From an uncultured virus (IMG/VR IMGVR_UViG_3300022660_003376) (taxonomy: Duplodnaviria; Heunggongvirae; Uroviricota; Caudoviricetes): DNA of 64,000 nt. Where the stretch lies: IMG/VR virus record IMGVR_UViG_3300022660_003376; one strand, 5' to 3'. The position numbers and the translations under genes are program-made. The notes beneath the pieces were generated by a model. That model did not search any database, was not told where the DNA came from, and saw nothing but the letters and a program-made list of their open reading frames with translations. Shown in pieces: positions 59,580-64,000 of this stretch (positions are counted from its first letter, which is position 1; each line of letters opens with the position of its first letter).

Positions 59580-61092
59580 CATAAGTCAAACTGCCATAGC
59601 TGAGTGGCGAAAGCGTATGGCTGAGGAAGTTGCTCGTAAGAAAGCGATGGAAAAGGGTGCTGAGAAAGCGGAGACAGCGGAGACAAGTAATACTGGGGAG
59701 CAGGAACGTTATACTGACGTTCCTATTCCCGATATTGAGAATTTATTCAATACTGCGGTAGAAGCATTCGGTATTGATAAGTCGAAAATCACTGAGGACT
59801 TTATAAATGACATGAGGTCGGAGTATGAAGCCACGAAGACATCAGCAGATGATTTAAATATTGAATTTGACGATATAGATGCATTTAATCCTGTAACACC
59901 TACATCTCAGGAAATAAAGCCAAGTGATGTAGATAAAACGGAGGGTACAAGTACTACCACAGCAGGATATGAGACTAACAGCTCAAAGGGTATGGGTATT
60001 CAGCGAGATAACTCAAGCCCAATGGGTATGGGTCAGCAGGCGAGTGGTAGAGAGTTTAGTTCGAGTCCAAGTTCTACTCCAAGTCCTGTGACATCGCAGG
60101 ATAACTTTAGAGACTTAGAGGCGGACATAGAGTTCTTAAAGAAACAAAATAGGGAACTTATGAAATTAATCCTCAATCGCAACAAACAAATTCAGGATAC
60201 ACAGAAGTTTACTGATGAGATACAGAAGTCACACCCAGAAGTAAGACAGAAAGTACAAGAAACAACTCAGGGCTTTGAGGATTTGCCATTTGAGCCTTGT
60301 GTATCAAGTTTTTGTGGTAAGCCATTCAAGTATAGTCGTTATGATACTCCTGTTACATTTAATAAGAAGTTTGAGCAGGGTTTAACAGTCGAGGGTACAG
60401 CTACGAATTACGCAAGTATTTGCAATGAGGTGTGTGATGACATTACTAAGAAATACGGTGGTTGGGAGAGAATAACTGATTTTGCGGTAGTATCTGATAT
60501 ACTTATAATAAACAGTATATCTTATGAGCCTAAGCTACCACAGGGGTATGCTGATGCGATGCCATTTGACTTGAGGTTAGGGGTACAGCACGGGCATCTT
60601 GCTTGGCTGTTTGATTTCAAGCATTTACGTAAGATGAAGAACTTAGTAAATCTCAAATTTGACTCAGCAGATTTTGTATATTCTAAAGTTAGACAGGATT
60701 TATCAGTAGTATTTGATTTTTCCTGTGCTACATTATTTAAAGTTTGCAAGAATTTAATGACTTTACAAATAGGGCAGACTGTAATAACAAGAGCGGACTT
60801 AAACCACCCTAATTATAATGATATATTTGCGAGATGCAATAAAGCAGAACAACTCAGACAGAAGCTTGGTGCTAGTGGTTGGAGTTTCACGGGCTTTTGT
60901 TGGAATAGTATTCGTAAGGCATATAACGACCCACATAAGAGTGGTTTAGGTAAGGTATTAAGTGTTACAGCAGGCTCAGTTGGTATGGTTGGCGGAGGAG
61001 CGTTCACACTGGGTACTAAGGGTGTAGGTTTAGTAGGTAAGTTGGGAAAGAAAATTGGTAATATAGCGAGTGCTATAAAGGATAATTTATAA
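59569..61092 (+). CDS. Hypothetical protein with low-complexity N-half, coiled coil and Gly-rich C-terminus
   Basis: AGGAGG RBS; GxxxG-rich tail. Confidence 0.75.
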   Translation: MAYNISQTAIAEWRKRMAEEVARKKAMEKGAEKAETAETSNTGEQERYTDVPIPDIENLFNTAVEAFGIDKSKITEDFINDMRSEYEATKTSADDLNIEFDDIDAFNPVTPTSQEIKPSDVDKTEGTSTTTAGYETNSSKGMGIQRDNSSPMGMGQQASGREFSSSPSSTPSPVTSQDNFRDLEADIEFLKKQNRELMKLILNRNKQIQDTQKFTDEIQKSHPEVRQKVQETTQGFEDLPFEPCVSSFCGKPFKYSRYDTPVTFNKKFEQGLTVEGTATNYASICNEVCDDITKKYGGWERITDFAVVSDILIINSISYEPKLPQGYADAMPFDLRLGVQHGHLAWLFDFKHLRKMKNLVNLKFDSADFVYSKVRQDLSVVFDFSCATLFKVCKNLMTLQIGQTVITRADLNHPNYNDIFARCNKAEQLRQKLGASGWSFTGFCWNSIRKAYNDPHKSGLGKVLSVTAGSVGMVGGGAFTLGTKGVGLVGKLGKKIGNIASAIKDNL

Positions 61093-61096
61093 AAGA

Positions 61097-61128
61097 GGGT
61101 GCAGGAGTGATTCTGCACCTTTAGTTTT
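61097..61128 (+). terminator. Intrinsic terminator
   Basis: GGGTGCAGGA/TTCTGCACCT stem plus T-rich tail. Confidence 0.65.
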
Positions 61129-61200
61129 ATAGAGAAACAGGAGATGTTGCGTGATATGCGTTGTATTGGGTAGTAATATTTTTAAAATGGAGGTATTATT

Positions 61201-61896
61201 ATGACTACGATATGTGTAGACTTTGATGGTGTTTTATATGAGACACAGAAAGTATTGAAGAGCAGATTAAAGTCTATGGGTTATAAATTCAACTTAAACA
61301 ACATACTTGTTTATGATTTCAACAAATCTTTGAATGATATAGGTAGGGCAATACTCAGGGGTAGGGGTGTTCACAATGATACTGACGAGTATCTATGTGA
61401 TGCACCGAGGAAGAAAATCTTTGAGATATTAGCAGACCCTACAATATACAGTGATTCTGTACACTTGACTGCTGACGAATTGAATGAGTCACAGAAGGGT
61501 ATATCCTTATTAAAGGAAATGATGGCTAATCCGAAGGTTAAGGTTATCATCTCTACTATTTGTTACACGGATGAAATCGCTAAGGCTAAGGAAGAGTATC
61601 TCAAAAGGGTATTTCCAGACTGTGATTATGAGTTTCAGGTAGTCAAGGAAGAAACAGAGGAAGGTAAACCAATACCGAAGGGTACTACATATATTATTGA
61701 GGATAATGTGCGAGTTGCGAAGCAGTGTTCTACGAGTATAACTGCTAGCGATAATAAGCCGTTATTACTATTAGTAAGAAAGCCGTGGAACAATCCTCAT
61801 TTCGATAGTACTTTGGAGGGCGATGGTATAAACAAGTTTAACGTATTAATTAACTCGTTATATGATGGGTTAAAATACATTGAGTCAAGGAGGTAA
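61201..61896 (+). CDS. HAD-superfamily 5'(3')-deoxyribonucleotidase-like protein
   Basis: CVDFDGVL, IIST, IIEDN and KPWN motifs. Confidence 0.8.
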   Translation: MTTICVDFDGVLYETQKVLKSRLKSMGYKFNLNNILVYDFNKSLNDIGRAILRGRGVHNDTDEYLCDAPRKKIFEILADPTIYSDSVHLTADELNESQKGISLLKEMMANPKVKVIISTICYTDEIAKAKEEYLKRVFPDCDYEFQVVKEETEEGKPIPKGTTYIIEDNVRVAKQCSTSITASDNKPLLLLVRKPWNNPHFDSTLEGDGINKFNVLINSLYDGLKYIESRR

Positions 61897-61902
61897 CATA
61901 TT

Positions 61903-62202
61903 ATGTCGGTACGTAGTTATATCAAGAGAGCAGATGAATATTATCAAGAAATAAACTATAATGCTTTAGATTTTGAGGCGTTAATAGGCACATCAAAGGA
62001 TAAAAGTTTAAGAATACAGACTCCAGATGGTTTCTGTATATATGCAAACCCAGACGCTAACGGTGAGTCAATGGGGCATACTGTTGATATAACTGGCGTA
62101 TTGAGGTTTTGGTATGGTACTTTCATAATAACGAAGGAGACTGGCGAGGTTTTGCAGGATATGTCGGAGACAGACCTACATAATTTTGCGATGGCTTCGT
62201 AG
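61903..62202 (+). CDS. Hypothetical protein (possibly DUF3846-like)
   Basis: AGGAGG RBS; IYAN.D...YGTFIITK pattern. The family call is weak. Confidence 0.6.
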   Translation: MSVRSYIKRADEYYQEINYNALDFEALIGTSKDKSLRIQTPDGFCIYANPDANGESMGHTVDITGVLRFWYGTFIITKETGEVLQDMSETDLHNFAMAS

Positions 62203-62218
62203 TGTTGGAGGTGGTATA

Positions 62219-62479
62219 ATGCAGTCACAAAACCCTTATAGGATACTTGGGGTATCTGAGGGTGCTAGTTTGGCGGAGTGCAAGAGTGCATATAAGAAGA
62301 GGATGCGAGAGCGTCATCCAGACTTCGGTAAGTCTGAGGATGATATAAAACAACGTGAGATTGACTCAAAGCTTTTGAATGAGGCTATGAGTATAATAGC
62401 ACAAAGGTTTAAGTCAGGGGTAAAACCTGTTTCTCGTCAAACTACATTTACACACAAGGATTTGTTCACGTTTATGTAA
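62219..62479 (+). CDS. Small J-domain (DnaJ-like) protein
   Basis: NPYRILGV..GAS..ECKSAYKK....HPD...KLLNEA. Confidence 0.85.
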   Translation: MQSQNPYRILGVSEGASLAECKSAYKKRMRERHPDFGKSEDDIKQREIDSKLLNEAMSIIAQRFKSGVKPVSRQTTFTHKDLFTFM

Positions 62480-62558
62480 TAACTATCTCGTGAGATTTCA
62501 CGTTAGTTAATATATAATAAATATAAAATATATTTTTAAAATTAAAGGAGAAGATATT

Positions 62559-62984
62559 ATGGCTTCAGAATTTATAGTAAATAAGATAGTAAGTAAAGAA
62601 TGGGTGAAGAAAGGTTTCTATGTAAAAGGCGGTAGATTCTACTTCGCTACACAGGAATATGATGTGAATGACAGCAAGGTAGCTGTTTTCTTTACAACAG
62701 ACATGGCTTTTCTGTTCCACGATGATAATGGTAACTTTAGCATGAAAGATATGATGTCCTTTGCATCAGGTGCTGGAAATGTAGGTACAAGATTCCCTTG
62801 TGACTATGATGACAATTACGATGTCCTTGTAAGACCTTACGCAGGCGAGTCAGGTTTCATAAATACTGCTAAACTCGAAGCACTTGGTCTTACAGAGTAT
62901 ACAGAAGACATGATTGCGAGAGTTAAAGACCTTGCAGATTATGATAAAGGGTATGATAAAGCAACTGGGGAAGACTTAGATTAA
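62559..62984 (+). CDS. Hypothetical protein
   Basis: AAGGAG RBS; has its own promoter-like site and terminator. Confidence 0.75.
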   Translation: MASEFIVNKIVSKEWVKKGFYVKGGRFYFATQEYDVNDSKVAVFFTTDMAFLFHDDNGNFSMKDMMSFASGAGNVGTRFPCDYDDNYDVLVRPYAGESGFINTAKLEALGLTEYTEDMIARVKDLADYDKGYDKATGEDLD

Positions 62985-63000
62985 TTTCAGGCAGTTAAAA

Positions 63001-63031
63001 AGGGTGTAGGTTTAGGCTTACACCCTATTTT
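63001..63031 (+). terminator. Intrinsic terminator
   Basis: AGGGTGTAGGT/GCTTACACCCT stem plus T-run. Confidence 0.75.
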
Positions 63032-63092
63032 GTTATAAAAATAAAAAGTGTAGATATTTCGTTAGATTTATAAAAAATATGTAAGTTACCTA

Positions 63093-63121
63093 TTGACAAT
63101 GTATAAGTTATATGGTATAAT
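63093..63121 (+). promoter_or_regulatory. Consensus sigma70/SigA promoter
   Basis: TTGACA, 17 nt, TATAAT with TG extension. Confidence 0.85.
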
Positions 63122-63165
63122 AGTATCATAATAAAAATTAAATAAAAAACTTTGGAGGTTAAAAA

Positions 63166-64000
63166 ATGAAAACATCACTAACATTGGCTCAGAAAGCTAT
63201 ATTGGAGGCAATTCCAGAAGAATTTGACCTTATAGATGACGTTTGCTTTATTGAAAACAAATCAGATGTTGTAAGGTACGTTTGCGAAAAAGCGAATTTA
63301 GATTCTGAGGATGTGCCTAATGTCATTAAAACCATTAATCAAAGGGGTAGAGAAGAAAAACATTATACCTATTTTGCCGTTGATGGCTACGAAGTGGATA
63401 GTGACGATGAGTCATCCCACTATAAGCTATTAAACACAGGTTACACCTGTGGGGGTAAACCTATATACTTATCTTTGTACCGTTTCGGTTCAGATTGGAA
63501 AGGTGCATACGTTGTGACTTTGGCTGAATTTATTGAGATGTCAAATAAATATTATAGTCAGCAGGTAATGAAATCCGACAATTCAAAATATATGTCGGAG
63601 CGTGAGGAAACGCCTTTTGAACAGAAAATAAACAAATCTAAGAAAGCGGTAGTAACACAGGAGTCACTTGAAATCGCACCTAAAAATAAGGAGTGGCAGG
63701 AAGTCACTAATTATATCAGACTTATGTGTAACTCTCCGTCGTGGGTATTTGATACAGTTGATAAATTGGTATCATATTTGTACGCTTTAGAGTTGAGAAT
63801 ACTCGGTAGAGTAAGAAAATCATACGAGACGGGCATTGAAAGTGATTCTTTCCGCTTAAGTGCTGATAAGTCGAATATTTACTTCAATTTGGGTATCACA
63901 AATAAGTTTGGTAAATCAATATATGCGATTGCTACAACTGATTATGATAGTAATACAGATACATACAAGTTCACAAATGTTCATGTCGTAAGATGCAGGG
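63166..64000 (+). CDS. Hypothetical protein, runs off the window end (possibly DUF3825-like)
   Basis: GGAGG RBS; open frame MKTSLTLAQKAILEAIP... to the window end; YFNLGITNKFGKSIYA-type motif. Absent from the ORF track because no stop is reached. Confidence 0.7.
   Translation, partial: MKTSLTLAQKAILEAIPEEFDLIDDVCFIENKSDVVRYVCEKANLDSEDVPNVIKTINQRGREEKHYTYFAVDGYEVDSDDESSHYKLLNTGYTCGGKPIYLSLYRFGSDWKGAYVVTLAEFIEMSNKYYSQQVMKSDNSKYMSEREETPFEQKINKSKKAVVTQESLEIAPKNKEWQEVTNYIRLMCNSPSWVFDTVDKLVSYLYALELRILGRVRKSYETGIESDSFRLSADKSNIYFNLGITNKFGKSIYAIATTDYDSNTDTYKFTNVHVVRCR

Noticed and set aside
60540..60810. LRR-like stretch in gene 59569 (LRKMKNLVNLKF, VCKNLMTLQI)
   Set aside because: Only two loose matches, not the BspA consensus, so it is not counted in the LRR family.
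1909..62228. All minus-strand ORFs in the track
   Set aside because: They are antisense shadows of + strand genes with no recognisable motifs; the repetitive LRR codon pattern keeps such frames open.
1..64000. Alternative genetic code
   Set aside because: Long ORFs tile the + strand under the standard code, and TAA, TAG and TGA all end genes directly before new RBS/start sites.

Overview
AT-rich window with every convincing gene on the + strand. It is most likely part of a very large phage, or a phage-derived giant extrachromosomal element, of a Firmicutes-type host (GGAGG RBSs, lipoproteins). No virion, rRNA, tRNA or CRISPR features are visible. Left to right: (1) an IS200/IS605-type end, a GIY-YIG nuclease and a ~620-nt densely structured non-coding segment (1190-1810); (2) a replication/recombination module with a T4 gp32-like SSB behind a long pseudoknotted leader, an SbcC/Rad50 split into two genes 6.6 kb apart, SbcD/Mre11, a DnaN-like clamp and a DEDDh exonuclease; (3) lipoprotein and membrane genes; (4) a ~31-kb array that, with one outlier at 14.1 kb, gives 22 BspA/TpLRR leucine-rich-repeat genes, nearly all carrying the same ~65-aa N-terminal module that I cannot assign to a family, interrupted by a solo TnpB, a PD-(D/E)XK-like nuclease and an EcoRI-family methylase plus DUF262-HNH pair; (5) a 1308-aa FtsK/HerA/VirD4-like ATPase operon, a HAD nucleotidase and a J-domain protein. 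The best candidates for undescribed systems are the constant-module plus variable-LRR repertoire and the large RNA whose single-stranded linkers resemble anti-Shine-Dalgarno guides. All family calls come from motifs recognised by eye, and all counts are manual; no searches were run.
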